From assembly GCA_040769065.1 (NCBI GenBank), contig JAXGLU010000001.1:711218-775217 (forward strand): a stretch of 64,000 bases of DNA. Direction: 5' to 3'. The stretch comes from Bacteroidales bacterium. Its GTDB lineage: Bacteria > Bacteroidota > Bacteroidia > Bacteroidales > VadinHA17. Numbering within the stretch: the first letter of the stretch is position 1; every line of letters begins with the position of its first letter. The notes under the pieces are model-generated. The model had not been told where the DNA came from and searched no databases. It saw only the letters and a program-made list of their open reading frames with translations. The position numbers were made by a program, and so were the translations under genes. This document shows, one piece after another, positions 29,029-38,443 of this stretch.

Positions 29029-30017
29029 ACGGAATTACATTTGCGGAACCTCATTTTCTTTATCTATTGCTTGTAATACCGGCACTCATTGCTTTCTATA
29101 TACTTAAACAACAAAAAGCCAATGCATCATTCAGAATGCCCGGATTGCAGCAATTCAAGGGGTCAGGAAATAATTTCAGGTTCTACCTCAGACACGTGCT
29201 GTTTGCACTGCGCACCATTGCAATTGGCCTTCTGATTGTGATTTTAGCACGGCCGCAGTCTACCGATAGTTTTCAGAATATCTCAACCGAGGGCATAGAT
29301 ATTATACTAGCTCTGGACATTTCCGGAAGTATGCTTGCACGGGATTTTAAGCCCGACAGGCTGGAAGCTTCAAAAAATGTTGCTACGGAGTTCATTTCCG
29401 GAAGGCCTTATGACAGAATGGGCCTGGTTGTATTCAGCGGCGAAAGTTTTACGCAGTGTCCTTTGACAACCGACCATGCAGTACTGATTAACCTCCTGCG
29501 CGAAATCCAGAGCGGCATGATCCAAGACGGCACTGCGATTGGAATGGGCCTTGCCACTGCAGTTAACAGGATCAAGGACTCTGAAGCAAAAAGCAAGGTC
29601 ATAATTCTGCTTACTGACGGTGTTAATAACATGGGTGAAATTGCTCCCGCTACAGCTGCCGGCATTGCCCGGTCCTTTGGGATCAGGGTTTATACGATCG
29701 GCATGGGAACCAGGGGCATGGCTCCTTATCCAGTAAGAACTCCTTTTGGAATACAGTATCAAAATATGCGCGTAGAGATAGATGAGCCTGTTTTGCAGCA
29801 GATTGCAGCCGAAACAGGAGGTAAGTACTTCAGGGCAACTGATAATGACAAGCTGGTACAGGTGTACGCAGAGATAGATAAACTTGAAAAATCGAAAATA
29901 GATGTTCGTCAGTTTTCAAGAAAAGAAGAAGAATACCTTGTCCCGGCAATAATTGTTTTTTGCATTATTGCTCTTGAATTACTTGTTCGTTATACTGTTA
30001 TGAGAAATTTGACTTAA
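29025..30017 (+). CDS. batA: VWA-domain aerotolerance protein BatA
   Basis: N-terminal TM helices, VWA MIDAS motif LALDISGSM, C-terminal TM. Overlaps the upstream gene by 4 nt. Confidence 0.85.
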   Translation: MNGITFAEPHFLYLLLVIPALIAFYILKQQKANASFRMPGLQQFKGSGNNFRFYLRHVLFALRTIAIGLLIVILARPQSTDSFQNISTEGIDIILALDISGSMLARDFKPDRLEASKNVATEFISGRPYDRMGLVVFSGESFTQCPLTTDHAVLINLLREIQSGMIQDGTAIGMGLATAVNRIKDSEAKSKVIILLTDGVNNMGEIAPATAAGIARSFGIRVYTIGMGTRGMAPYPVRTPFGIQYQNMRVEIDEPVLQQIAAETGGKYFRATDNDKLVQVYAEIDKLEKSKIDVRQFSRKEEEYLVPAIIVFCIIALELLVRYTVMRNLT

Positions 30018-30029
30018 TAAATCGGAAAT

Positions 30030-31070
30030 ATGCAACTATTCAGATTTGCCAATCCGGAGTTCCTGTATCTGCTGCTTTTCATACCTGTAATGATTCTGTT
30101 ATTCATTATCAATTCAATAAGAAGGAAAAGGTCACTGAAAAGAATAGGAGACCCTCACCTTGTAGAGAAGCTTTTGCCTGAACGATCCTCTGTCAGACCC
30201 CTGGTTAAGTTCATTCTGCAAATCTTTGCTGTTTCAGCGGCAGTAATAATGCTGGGGAGGCCCCAGTTCGGTTCTAAAATAGAAGAGGTCAGGAAAGAAG
30301 GAGTTGAAGTCATTATTGCTCTTGATGTAAGCAACTCTATGTATGCCGAGGACATTCAGCCCAATCGGCTTACCAGAGCCAAACAGGCTATCTCGAGACT
30401 CGTAGATAATCTTGAAAATGACAGGATAGGATTGATAGTCTTTGCAGGTGATGCATATACACAGATACCTGTTACAACCGACTATATTTCAGCAAAAATG
30501 TTCCTCTCAGCCATTGGTCCTGAAATGGTGCCAAAACAAGGCACTGCAATAGGTGCAGCAATCAGTCTTGGTATTAGGTCATTCAGTCAGGGAGAAGATA
30601 AGAGTAAAGCCATGATAATAATTACCGATGGAGAAAATCATGAAGATGATCCACTGGTTGCTGCAACTGAAGCAGCTGAAAAAGGCATTGTGATCCATGC
30701 AATTGGTATTGGATCTGCTGAAGGAGTCCCTGTTCCTGTTCCTGCCGGCGGCAGGAAAGATTTCCTGAAAGATGCCGAAGGCAGTACTGTAATATCAAAA
30801 CTCGACGAAGAGGTTCTGAAAAGAATTGTTGTAAGCACTAATGGGACTTACGTCAGGGCAAGCAATACAAACATCGGACTTGACAAGATATTCAGCGAAA
30901 TCCGGAAAATGAAAAAGGATGAAATTGAAAGTACAAGATATACAGAATACAACGATCAGTTTCAGATATTTGCTGCCATGACGCTTTTTTTCCTGATTGC
31001 AGAATTTATGGTCATGGACCGCAAAAACAAAAAACTGATGAATATCAGATTGTTTAATTTTAAAGTTTGA
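30030..31070 (+). CDS. batB: VWA-domain aerotolerance protein BatB
   Basis: Paralogous to BatA, with MIDAS motif IALDVSNSM and terminal TM helices. Confidence 0.85.
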   Translation: MQLFRFANPEFLYLLLFIPVMILLFIINSIRRKRSLKRIGDPHLVEKLLPERSSVRPLVKFILQIFAVSAAVIMLGRPQFGSKIEEVRKEGVEVIIALDVSNSMYAEDIQPNRLTRAKQAISRLVDNLENDRIGLIVFAGDAYTQIPVTTDYISAKMFLSAIGPEMVPKQGTAIGAAISLGIRSFSQGEDKSKAMIIITDGENHEDDPLVAATEAAEKGIVIHAIGIGSAEGVPVPVPAGGRKDFLKDAEGSTVISKLDEEVLKRIVVSTNGTYVRASNTNIGLDKIFSEIRKMKKDEIESTRYTEYNDQFQIFAAMTLFFLIAEFMVMDRKNKKLMNIRLFNFKV

Positions 31071-31079
31071 TTAAGGGAA

Positions 31080-31820
31080 ATGAAGATTTCAGTGAAAAAA
31101 AATCCGGTTTTCTTCGTTTTGACAGTTATTATAATGCTCTCCGCTCCTCATAATGCTGTTGGACAAGGAGAAAAAAAGTATATTCGCGCGGGAAACCGTG
31201 AATATGCAAAGGACAATTTTCAGGATTCTGAAATATCCTACAGGCGTGCAATGGACAAGAATAAATCATCTGCAGATGCTGTCTTCAATACCGGCGATGC
31301 ACTTTACAAACAGAAGAAGTATGAGGAAGCTGGTAATCACTTTGCAGAGAGTTCAAAAATGAATGACGAGAAAGCCAGGCAATCTGCCTCATTTTATAAC
31401 CTGGGCAATTCTCTTCTTATGAGCAATAAAATAAGTGAAAGCATTGAAGCCTACAAAAATTCCCTGAAACTTAATCCTGATAACCCTGAAGCTAAATATA
31501 ATCTTGCTTACGCTCAGGATTTACTGAAACAGCAGCAGGATAAACAGGAACAGCAAAATCAGGAAAAGGATGATCAGCAAAAGGATCAAAACAGAGATGA
31601 AAACAAAGAAGATGAAAACAAGGAAGATAAAAATCAAAATAATGACCGGGATAATCAGCAGGAACAACAGAATCAGCAGCAAAGCGGTCAACAGGAGATT
31701 TCCAGAGAAGATGCTGAAAGGTTACTGAATGCCCTTGCCAATGACGAAAAGAATATACAGGAAAAAGTTAAGCTTGAAAAAGCAGCCAAATCAAAGGTCA
31801 AAACCCTGAAAAACTGGTAA
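31080..31820 (+). CDS. batC: TPR-repeat protein BatC
   Basis: Signal/TM segment, TPR repeats (ADAVFNTGDALYKQKKYEEA, ASFYNLGNSLLMSNK) and a Q/D/E/N/K-rich low-complexity tail. Operon position. Confidence 0.75.
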   Translation: MKISVKKNPVFFVLTVIIMLSAPHNAVGQGEKKYIRAGNREYAKDNFQDSEISYRRAMDKNKSSADAVFNTGDALYKQKKYEEAGNHFAESSKMNDEKARQSASFYNLGNSLLMSNKISESIEAYKNSLKLNPDNPEAKYNLAYAQDLLKQQQDKQEQQNQEKDDQQKDQNRDENKEDENKEDKNQNNDRDNQQEQQNQQQSGQQEISREDAERLLNALANDEKNIQEKVKLEKAAKSKVKTLKNW

Positions 31821-31832
31821 AATATTTTAATA

Positions 31833-33650
31833 ATGATATCCAACAGAATACTGCTTTTTATCACTTGCATTATAAGTCCTTTGCTTACTATCGGACAGGA
31901 GTTCTCAATCAAGACTGATTATCCGGAAGTGGTAAGGGAGGGAGAGCAGTTTGCCATAACCTGGACAGTAAATACCCGTGACGGGGAATTCTCTGCACCT
32001 GATTTTACCGGCTTCTACAAGCTTATGGGCCCCCAGACTTCATATAGCTCAAGTACACAGATAATAAATGGGAAAGTAACGCGGGAAACTACGTTCAGTT
32101 ATGTATACTATCTTCAGGCACTCAAACAGGGCAAATTTGTCATTGCCCCGGCTTCTGTTAAAATAAAAAATAAAATATTCAGGTCCGATTCCCTTCGGAT
32201 AGAGGTCATTTCAGGAAGTAATGTACAGCAAAGTACTCAGGCCGGTGAAACAGCCGATAAAAATGTCAGCCAGGCCCCGGCAAGCTCCGATGATCTTTTC
32301 CTGAACATTATTCTCGACAGAAAAGAAGTTTTCCAGGGTGAACATATTGTGGCAACAATTAAACTGTATACCAGGATCGATATTACAGGAATTAATGAGA
32401 TCAAATTCCCCGCTTTCGAAGGATTTGTTAAAACTGACCTCGAAACACCTCCTCTGACTTCGCTAAAGAGGGAAACCATCAATGGAATTACCTATGGAAC
32501 GGGTGTGATTCAACAATTTCTGCTTTATCCCCAGATCTCAGGTGACATAACTATTGATCCTGTACAAATTTCTGTACTCGTTCAGCAGAAATCGGGCAGG
32601 ACTGATCCGTTTTTTGGTGACTTTTTTTCCACGTACACAACTATTCCCAGGGCTGTTGTAAGTAAACCTGTCAAGGTCAAAGTAAATCCCTTGCCTGGCC
32701 AGAAACCCAAAGATTTCTCGGGTATTGTAGGGAAAATCGATATAACATCCTCTCTGGACAAGGATTCGGTTAATGTAAATGATGCTATTAACTTCAAAAT
32801 AGTACTTTCCGGAATGGGGAATCTGAAACTGGCAACCCTGCCAGAACTTAATATACCTCCGGATATAGAAGTCTATGACCCAAAAGTATCGGAGAATCTT
32901 ACAAATGGAACTAACGGAACAACGGGGCGAAAAACCTTTGAATACATTCTGATACCGAGACATAACGGAGATTTTACAATTCCACCGGTAAGTTTGTCGT
33001 ATTTTAATCCATCATCACGGCAATATGAAAGGCTGAATACTGCAGAAATCACGTTTCATGCAAAAAAAACAACGGGGGAAAGCACTGATGCAGCATTTTA
33101 CGGCGGCGTTACAAAAGAAGATATAAAATACCTGGGCAAAGACATAAGATTCATCAAGTCCAAGGCTGGCAGGTTTTCCAGGGAAACCAATCTGCTGATT
33201 GGCAGTAGAATCTTTTATAGTATCTACCTGATTGCACTGTTTGTTTTTGTGGTAACCCTCTTTATCAGGCGAGAACAGGTTAAAAGAAATGCTGACATGG
33301 CATCTGTCAGAAACAGAAAAGCTGCGAAGACTGCCACAAAGAGGCTGAAAATAGCTTCTTCGTACCTTAGAAAAGAACCTAAGGACAAGTTCTATGAAGA
33401 GATATTGAAATCATTATACGGATACCTGAGCGATAAGCTGGGTATCCCTGCGTCTGATCTGACAAGAAACAATGCGTCTGACTCGCTTAAGGACAAAGGG
33501 ATCAGTGATGAAACAATAAGTCTTCTCCTGAGCATACTCGATAAATGTGAATTTGCGCGTTATGCTCCTTCATCGTCAGATACAGAAGCGTCTGATTTAT
33601 ATGAAGGAGCTTCGTTATTCATCAAATCAGTCGAAAATAAAATTGGCTAG
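31833..33650 (+). CDS. batD: BatD (oxygen-tolerance protein)
   Basis: 605 aa with a signal peptide, repeated beta-sandwich-like segments and one TM near residue 470 (IFYSIYLIALFVFVVTLFI). Operon position after batC. Confidence 0.8.
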   Translation: MISNRILLFITCIISPLLTIGQEFSIKTDYPEVVREGEQFAITWTVNTRDGEFSAPDFTGFYKLMGPQTSYSSSTQIINGKVTRETTFSYVYYLQALKQGKFVIAPASVKIKNKIFRSDSLRIEVISGSNVQQSTQAGETADKNVSQAPASSDDLFLNIILDRKEVFQGEHIVATIKLYTRIDITGINEIKFPAFEGFVKTDLETPPLTSLKRETINGITYGTGVIQQFLLYPQISGDITIDPVQISVLVQQKSGRTDPFFGDFFSTYTTIPRAVVSKPVKVKVNPLPGQKPKDFSGIVGKIDITSSLDKDSVNVNDAINFKIVLSGMGNLKLATLPELNIPPDIEVYDPKVSENLTNGTNGTTGRKTFEYILIPRHNGDFTIPPVSLSYFNPSSRQYERLNTAEITFHAKKTTGESTDAAFYGGVTKEDIKYLGKDIRFIKSKAGRFSRETNLLIGSRIFYSIYLIALFVFVVTLFIRREQVKRNADMASVRNRKAAKTATKRLKIASSYLRKEPKDKFYEEILKSLYGYLSDKLGIPASDLTRNNASDSLKDKGISDETISLLLSILDKCEFARYAPSSSDTEASDLYEGASLFIKSVENKIG

Positions 33651-33653
33651 TAC

Positions 33654-34424
33654 ATGAAACTGATCAGAATAAGTATAATCACCGGCATTATAATGCTTCT
33701 GGCATTTGCAACAGTTAAAGGCCAGGATCTTCGTGATGAAAAATTCAGGAAAGGAACTGAATACTACACATCCGATAATTTTAATGACGCACTAAACGAA
33801 TGGATGGATATATACAATACAGGTTACAGTTCATCTCCACTCCTCTATAATATTGGCAATGCTCACTTCAAGCTTGATAACATACCCGAAGCTATTCTGT
33901 TTTATGAAAGAGCAAGGCTGCTTAATCCATCTGATGAGAATATAAATTATAACCTTCAGATTGCGAGATCGAGAGTTGTTGATAAGTTTGAGGAGATTCC
34001 GGAATTGTTTTTTGTCCGATGGTTCGATTTTATGGCATTGATGATTCCGGGTAACAGCTGGGCATATACAAGCCTGATTTCCTTCCTGATTTTCCTTGCA
34101 GCCCTTTCTGCCTACATCTATTCATCAAAATACAGGCTAAAAGTTGCTGGTTTCTGGATAGCTCTGTCTTTTTTCATTCTGACACTTGTTTCCCTGTCAT
34201 TCGCCCTGAGAAATAAAAAACTCATAATAGATAACCGTGAGGCAATCATCATGGTGCCTTCCGTCAATGGAAAAAGCTCCCCTGACAACAGCGGCACTGA
34301 CCTCTTTGTTATTCACGAAGGTTCAAAGGTAACAGTGGAAGATGAAATGGGAGACTGGTTTGAAATTAAACTGTCAGATGGAAACAAAGGATGGATACCT
34401 TCCGGCAGCCTTGAGGTAATATAG
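33654..34424 (+). CDS. batE: BatE (TPR plus SH3-like domain membrane protein)
   Basis: TPR (LLYNIGNAHFKLDNIPEAILFYERARLLNP), TM helices and a C-terminal SH3-like region (GDWFEIKLSDGNKGWIPSGSLEVI). Confidence 0.7.
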   Translation: MKLIRISIITGIIMLLAFATVKGQDLRDEKFRKGTEYYTSDNFNDALNEWMDIYNTGYSSSPLLYNIGNAHFKLDNIPEAILFYERARLLNPSDENINYNLQIARSRVVDKFEEIPELFFVRWFDFMALMIPGNSWAYTSLISFLIFLAALSAYIYSSKYRLKVAGFWIALSFFILTLVSLSFALRNKKLIIDNREAIIMVPSVNGKSSPDNSGTDLFVIHEGSKVTVEDEMGDWFEIKLSDGNKGWIPSGSLEVI

Positions 34425-34521
34425 GAGCATTAGTAGAACAACTGTCCGGTATTGGCAGCCATCCGATCCATTGTAAAGCCTTTAAACTTTTCAGGGATAA
34501 GGGGGGAAATCATAATTAGCG

Positions 34522-35184
34522 TCACCATGCAATCGGAGTTATCCCATGGGCGACAAGATATTCATTGCATTTTCTGAAATGCCCGTTTCCGAAAAAGCCC
34601 CTGAAAGCTGACAGCGGGGAAGGGTGAACTGATTCAAGTACAAGATGCTTATTGCGGTCAATTGAAGCCCCCTTCTTTTGTGCATACGCACCCCAGAGAA
34701 AAAATACAAGATGTTCCTTTTCAGCGTTGAGGATGCTTATAACATAATCGGTGAACACTTCCCAGCCTTTTCCGTGATGCGAGCCGGGCTGATGTGCTTT
34801 GACTGTCAATATTGAATTGAGAAGGAGAATTCCCTGCTCAGCCCATCTTGTGAGATTCCCCGATGCCGGAGCAGAAATACCAGTGTCTGACTCAATTTCC
34901 TTGAATATATTCACCAGGCTTGGTGGAAACTCGACACGATCTTTAACTGAAAAACAGAGACCGTGAGCCTGACCTGGCCCATGATACGGATCCTGACCCA
35001 GGATAACCGCCTTTACCCTGTCAAAGGGACACAGATTGAAAGCATTAAATATCAAAGAGCCCGGAGGATATATCGTGCTCTTACGGTATTCATCCCTGAT
35101 ATATCCAGCCAGCTTTATAAAGTAATCCTTTTTAAATTCATTATCAAGCCTGGATTTCCAGCTTTCTTCTATCTTTACCTCCAT
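34522..35184 (-). CDS. ung: Uracil-DNA glycosylase (family 1)
   Basis: Catalytic motif VILGQDPYHGPGQAHGLCFSV and C-terminal HPSPLSA. Confidence 0.9.
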   Translation of the reverse strand: MEVKIEESWKSRLDNEFKKDYFIKLAGYIRDEYRKSTIYPPGSLIFNAFNLCPFDRVKAVILGQDPYHGPGQAHGLCFSVKDRVEFPPSLVNIFKEIESDTGISAPASGNLTRWAEQGILLLNSILTVKAHQPGSHHGKGWEVFTDYVISILNAEKEHLVFFLWGAYAQKKGASIDRNKHLVLESVHPSPLSAFRGFFGNGHFRKCNEYLVAHGITPIAW

Positions 35185-35459
35185 AATATAAAACTCATTA
35201 GTCCTATTATATTACTCATTGTCAGTTTGCAACTCTGAAAAAGCCAATTCTGAAATTAAAAATCCCTGCAATAAACCATGCAATCTCCTATATTCTGCAA
35301 GGTAAATTAATTCCCATACAAGGCATTCCCCACATCAATCTGCAGGTATTGTGCTCTCCGCGATTCAAGCCAATATAAATATTCCCTTCGGATCTTTAAC
35401 GGAAAATGGCAACAAAATTAAATCCCAAATTTACGGACAAGGAGTGAGAACATAATTGG

Positions 35460-35467
35460 TACATTTG
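35460..35467 (+). promoter_or_regulatory. Candidate -7 box TACATTTG upstream of the CYTH gene
   Basis: Matches TAnnTTTG. It lies only ~10 nt before the ATG at 35477, which implies a very short leader, so confidence is low. Confidence 0.3.
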
Positions 35468-35476
35468 CAGCAAAAA

Positions 35477-35926
35477 ATGGCAGTAGAAATTGAACGCAAA
35501 TTTCTGGTCGTAGGTGAATTCAGGCATCTTGCAGTTGCACATAAAGAAATTGTGCAGGCATATCTTTCAACTGATCAGCTCAGGATGGTGAGACTGAGAA
35601 TTGTAGACAATGAAGCTTATATCACCATTAAAGGATTGATTGAAGGAAAATATGCAAGCCGCAATGAGTGGGAAATACCGGTGAGTTATAAAAATGCCCT
35701 CGGGATAATGGAGATTTGCTTGCCCGGACGGATAATTAAAACACGGTACATAGTGCCTTCAGGTGATCATATATTTGAAGTAGATGTCTTCCATGAAAAA
35801 AATGAAGGCCTGATTATAGCTGAGATTGAGCTTTCAGAGGAGAATGAATATTTTATTAAGCCTGAATGGCTGGGTGAAGAGGTTACCGGAAATCCTGCTT
35901 ATTTCAACTATAGCCTAATTAAATAA
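35477..35926 (+). CDS. CYTH-domain protein (CyaB/ThTPase-like triphosphate tunnel enzyme)
   Basis: N-terminal ExExK signature (MAVEIERKFLV) and a ~150-aa size. The start is moved from the TTG-type track start (35456) to the ATG at 35477. Confidence 0.75.
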   Translation: MAVEIERKFLVVGEFRHLAVAHKEIVQAYLSTDQLRMVRLRIVDNEAYITIKGLIEGKYASRNEWEIPVSYKNALGIMEICLPGRIIKTRYIVPSGDHIFEVDVFHEKNEGLIIAEIELSEENEYFIKPEWLGEEVTGNPAYFNYSLIK

Positions 35927-36017
35927 GGCTTATCTGCGAAAAATAATATAATACTGCAAATACAAGGAATATGAATCCGACCAGAGGCTCCATTGTTTTG
36001 CATAAAAGCTCTGAGGA

Positions 36018-36497
36018 TCAGAGTGTTTTTGAATATATCTGCTTTGGATCACCAGGTCCATAGAAATCTTTAAGGCTTGCCTGAAGGGTATATCCATTCT
36101 TCCGGTAAAAGGCTTCGGTTGAAGCATACAAGGACCTGCCAGATGTTTCAACCCAGAGTATCCTGCCTTTACTTTTTCTTACTTCTTCTTCAACTGCATT
36201 CAGCAACAGGGATCCCAGATTCTTATGTCGTGCCATATCATGAACAGCTATCCAGTACAGATCCCATGAATGGACAGAAAAACTATTCTTCCCGAAATTG
36301 GCAAATGCCACAAGCTTGTCTCTTTCAACTACTTTAATCCAATGATATCCGCTTTTCTCAGAACCTCTCCTGATAGTTTCATCAGCAATTTCAAGAGCAG
36401 TTTGTATCTCAAATTCATAAAAAAAACCAGTCGACCTCAATATGTCCTCAATGCTTTTTCTGTCAGTATCGGAAATTCCTGAAATAATTGATACCAT
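36018..36497 (-). CDS. GNAT-family N-acetyltransferase
   Basis: 159 aa with acetyl-CoA motif A (VHDMARHKNLGSLLLNAVEEE) and a C-terminal FYRKNGY. Last gene of the kamA operon. Confidence 0.75.
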   Translation of the reverse strand: MVSIISGISDTDRKSIEDILRSTGFFYEFEIQTALEIADETIRRGSEKSGYHWIKVVERDKLVAFANFGKNSFSVHSWDLYWIAVHDMARHKNLGSLLLNAVEEEVRKSKGRILWVETSGRSLYASTEAFYRKNGYTLQASLKDFYGPGDPKQIYSKTL

Positions 36498-36498
36498 T

Positions 36499-37464
36499 TT
36501 AGTTTAAATCATTAATGATACGATTAACCGCCTCGCTAAAATCCAACCCAGCCTGCTCAACCGCAGCTACTACGCCACTGTCGGGAGAAAGGCATGGATT
36601 TGCATTTATCTCAACAACGTAAGGTATTCCTGATTTATCTACTCTCATATCCACCCTGGCATATCCTTTTAAGCCAAACACATCCCAGCATTTGAGAGCA
36701 GTCAGGCTTAACTGATCTCTGAGTTTGCCATCAAGATCTTCTTCCGGAAAAAATCTTATCGTATTTTCATATTCAAAACTACCCTCTTCCCACTTTGCCT
36801 TGTAATCAACAATTTTGGGTCTTCCCTCCTCATAATTCCGGAATATAATCTCAGCCGGCGGCATCACTTCAGGCCCGTTTTTTCCTGTCAGCACAGTTAT
36901 ATTGAACTCCCTCCCGTCGATATATTCCTGGACAAGCCAGTGCGAATCGTCATATAGTTCAAGCTTGTTATTATGTTCACGCGAATAGGTAAAAACAGAT
37001 TCGGCGGTGATTCCCTGAGATCCATCTTCCCAAACCGGCTTAATAATGTATGACAGGCCAGGCTTGAGTAATGAATGCTCTGATGGTTTGTACGTTCGGG
37101 GAGTATTAATTCCTGATGCAATCAGTATTTTGTGCGTTAAAGATTTACTTGTTGTGATGAACAAAGCTTCAAGCGGATTGCCGGTATATGGTATGGAATG
37201 CATGTTTAGAAGCGCAGGAATGAAATAGGATATCTCGCCTTTATTGCTGATAGATTCCACCAGATTAAAAACAAAGTCAGGCTTGTCAAATGCAACAGAC
37301 TTCAATTCTTCCATGAATCTTCCTGTAATCCCCTTGCGGCAAGTGGTAATCCCCAGCAACTTCAAATTTTTATCTATAAACTCTACCTGATCAAGAACAT
37401 CAAGCTCGTCAGCCAAAGCGTTTTCAAGTGGTTGATTATATAGAATACAGCAGTTTGTTGTCAT
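36499..37464 (-). CDS. ATP-grasp enzyme, D-Ala-D-Ala-ligase-like (paralog 2)
   Basis: Ddl-like layout: IPYTGNP, KSLTHKILIASGINTP, YIIKPVWEDGSQGI, VQEYIDGREFNITVL, ARVDMRVDKSGIPYVVEINANP. Confidence 0.75.
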   Translation of the reverse strand: MTTNCCILYNQPLENALADELDVLDQVEFIDKNLKLLGITTCRKGITGRFMEELKSVAFDKPDFVFNLVESISNKGEISYFIPALLNMHSIPYTGNPLEALFITTSKSLTHKILIASGINTPRTYKPSEHSLLKPGLSYIIKPVWEDGSQGITAESVFTYSREHNNKLELYDDSHWLVQEYIDGREFNITVLTGKNGPEVMPPAEIIFRNYEEGRPKIVDYKAKWEEGSFEYENTIRFFPEEDLDGKLRDQLSLTALKCWDVFGLKGYARVDMRVDKSGIPYVVEINANPCLSPDSGVVAAVEQAGLDFSEAVNRIINDLN

Positions 37465-38435
37465 GGGATTATATTATACCGTTTTAAGCAGGATTCCATA
37501 ATCATCTCAATCAGAGACTGATAATTTATGCCGGCCATTGACGCAAGTATAGGAAGGTCTGAATGAACAGGATGCAGACCTGCAAGGGGGTTTACTTCCA
37601 TGAAACATATTTTTCCGGTACGATCAACCTTAACATCAACACGTCCTGCGTCAACCCCTCCAAGTACTTTCCATACATCAATGGCAACCGTCTTGCATTG
37701 TTCTGCTATTTCACCATCCATTGGGATATATCTGCAGAATTCCTGGTAGTTTTCCTTGAGTTCGACGGAATAGGGAAGATTATCCCTGCATTGTATCTCC
37801 ATACCCCCAATAACTGCAGACTCAAGGCCAGACCCAACGATGCCTACCGTAAATTCCCTTCCGGGAAGGTATTCCTCCAGAAGCATTGGTTGCTTGTGCT
37901 TTTCAATCAATGCTTCTGTTATATGATAAAGTTCCTCCTGGTTGTTTATGACACTTTTTTCCGTAATTCCCTTACCTGTACCCTCGGATACGGGTTTAAT
38001 GAAAAGCGGGTAGTTCAATCTGCAATCCTTTAAATCAGTTATATTCGACACAAGCAGGCCGGGACTTACCGGGATTCCGGCAGATGATACTATTACCCTG
38101 CTAAGGTGTTTATTCAGGCAGATTCCCATTATTACCGGGCCACTGAAGACATAGGGTATGCGATACTGATCGAGAATAGCCGGAACGACTGATTCCCTGC
38201 CGTCTCCATATAATCCTTCAGCTATATTGAAAACCAGGTCCCATCTGCGGCCGGCTGCCAAGGCTTCAATGAGCTGAAAACAGTTGCCTGCCTGTTCAGT
38301 TTCGAACCCCATTTTCCTAAGGGCTTCGTCTATTGCATCAACTGTTTCCTGCTTGTCAAATTCAGCAGTATCCTCCATAGAATAACCCCGGTCAAGATAC
38401 CATGACCGTAAGTCATACGTCAAACCAATCTTCAT
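37461..38435 (-). CDS. ATP-grasp enzyme, D-Ala-D-Ala-ligase-like (paralog 1)
   Basis: IPYVFSGP, NKHLSRVIVSSAGIPVSP, LFIKPVSEGTGKGI, LEEYLPGREFTVGIV, GRVDVKVDRTGKICFMEVNPLAG. Overlaps the downstream paralog by 4 nt. Confidence 0.75.
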   Translation of the reverse strand: MKIGLTYDLRSWYLDRGYSMEDTAEFDKQETVDAIDEALRKMGFETEQAGNCFQLIEALAAGRRWDLVFNIAEGLYGDGRESVVPAILDQYRIPYVFSGPVIMGICLNKHLSRVIVSSAGIPVSPGLLVSNITDLKDCRLNYPLFIKPVSEGTGKGITEKSVINNQEELYHITEALIEKHKQPMLLEEYLPGREFTVGIVGSGLESAVIGGMEIQCRDNLPYSVELKENYQEFCRYIPMDGEIAEQCKTVAIDVWKVLGGVDAGRVDVKVDRTGKICFMEVNPLAGLHPVHSDLPILASMAGINYQSLIEMIMESCLKRYNIIP

Positions 38436-38443
38436 ACCACCTA

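Noticed and set aside
37563-38033. 156-aa plus-strand ORF. Similar antisense ORFs occur at 43337-43780, 51826-52284, 53333-53701, 29370-29762 and 32538-32963.
   Set aside because: All lie fully inside well-supported genes on the opposite strand and have low-complexity or motif-free translations. They are treated as shadow ORFs.
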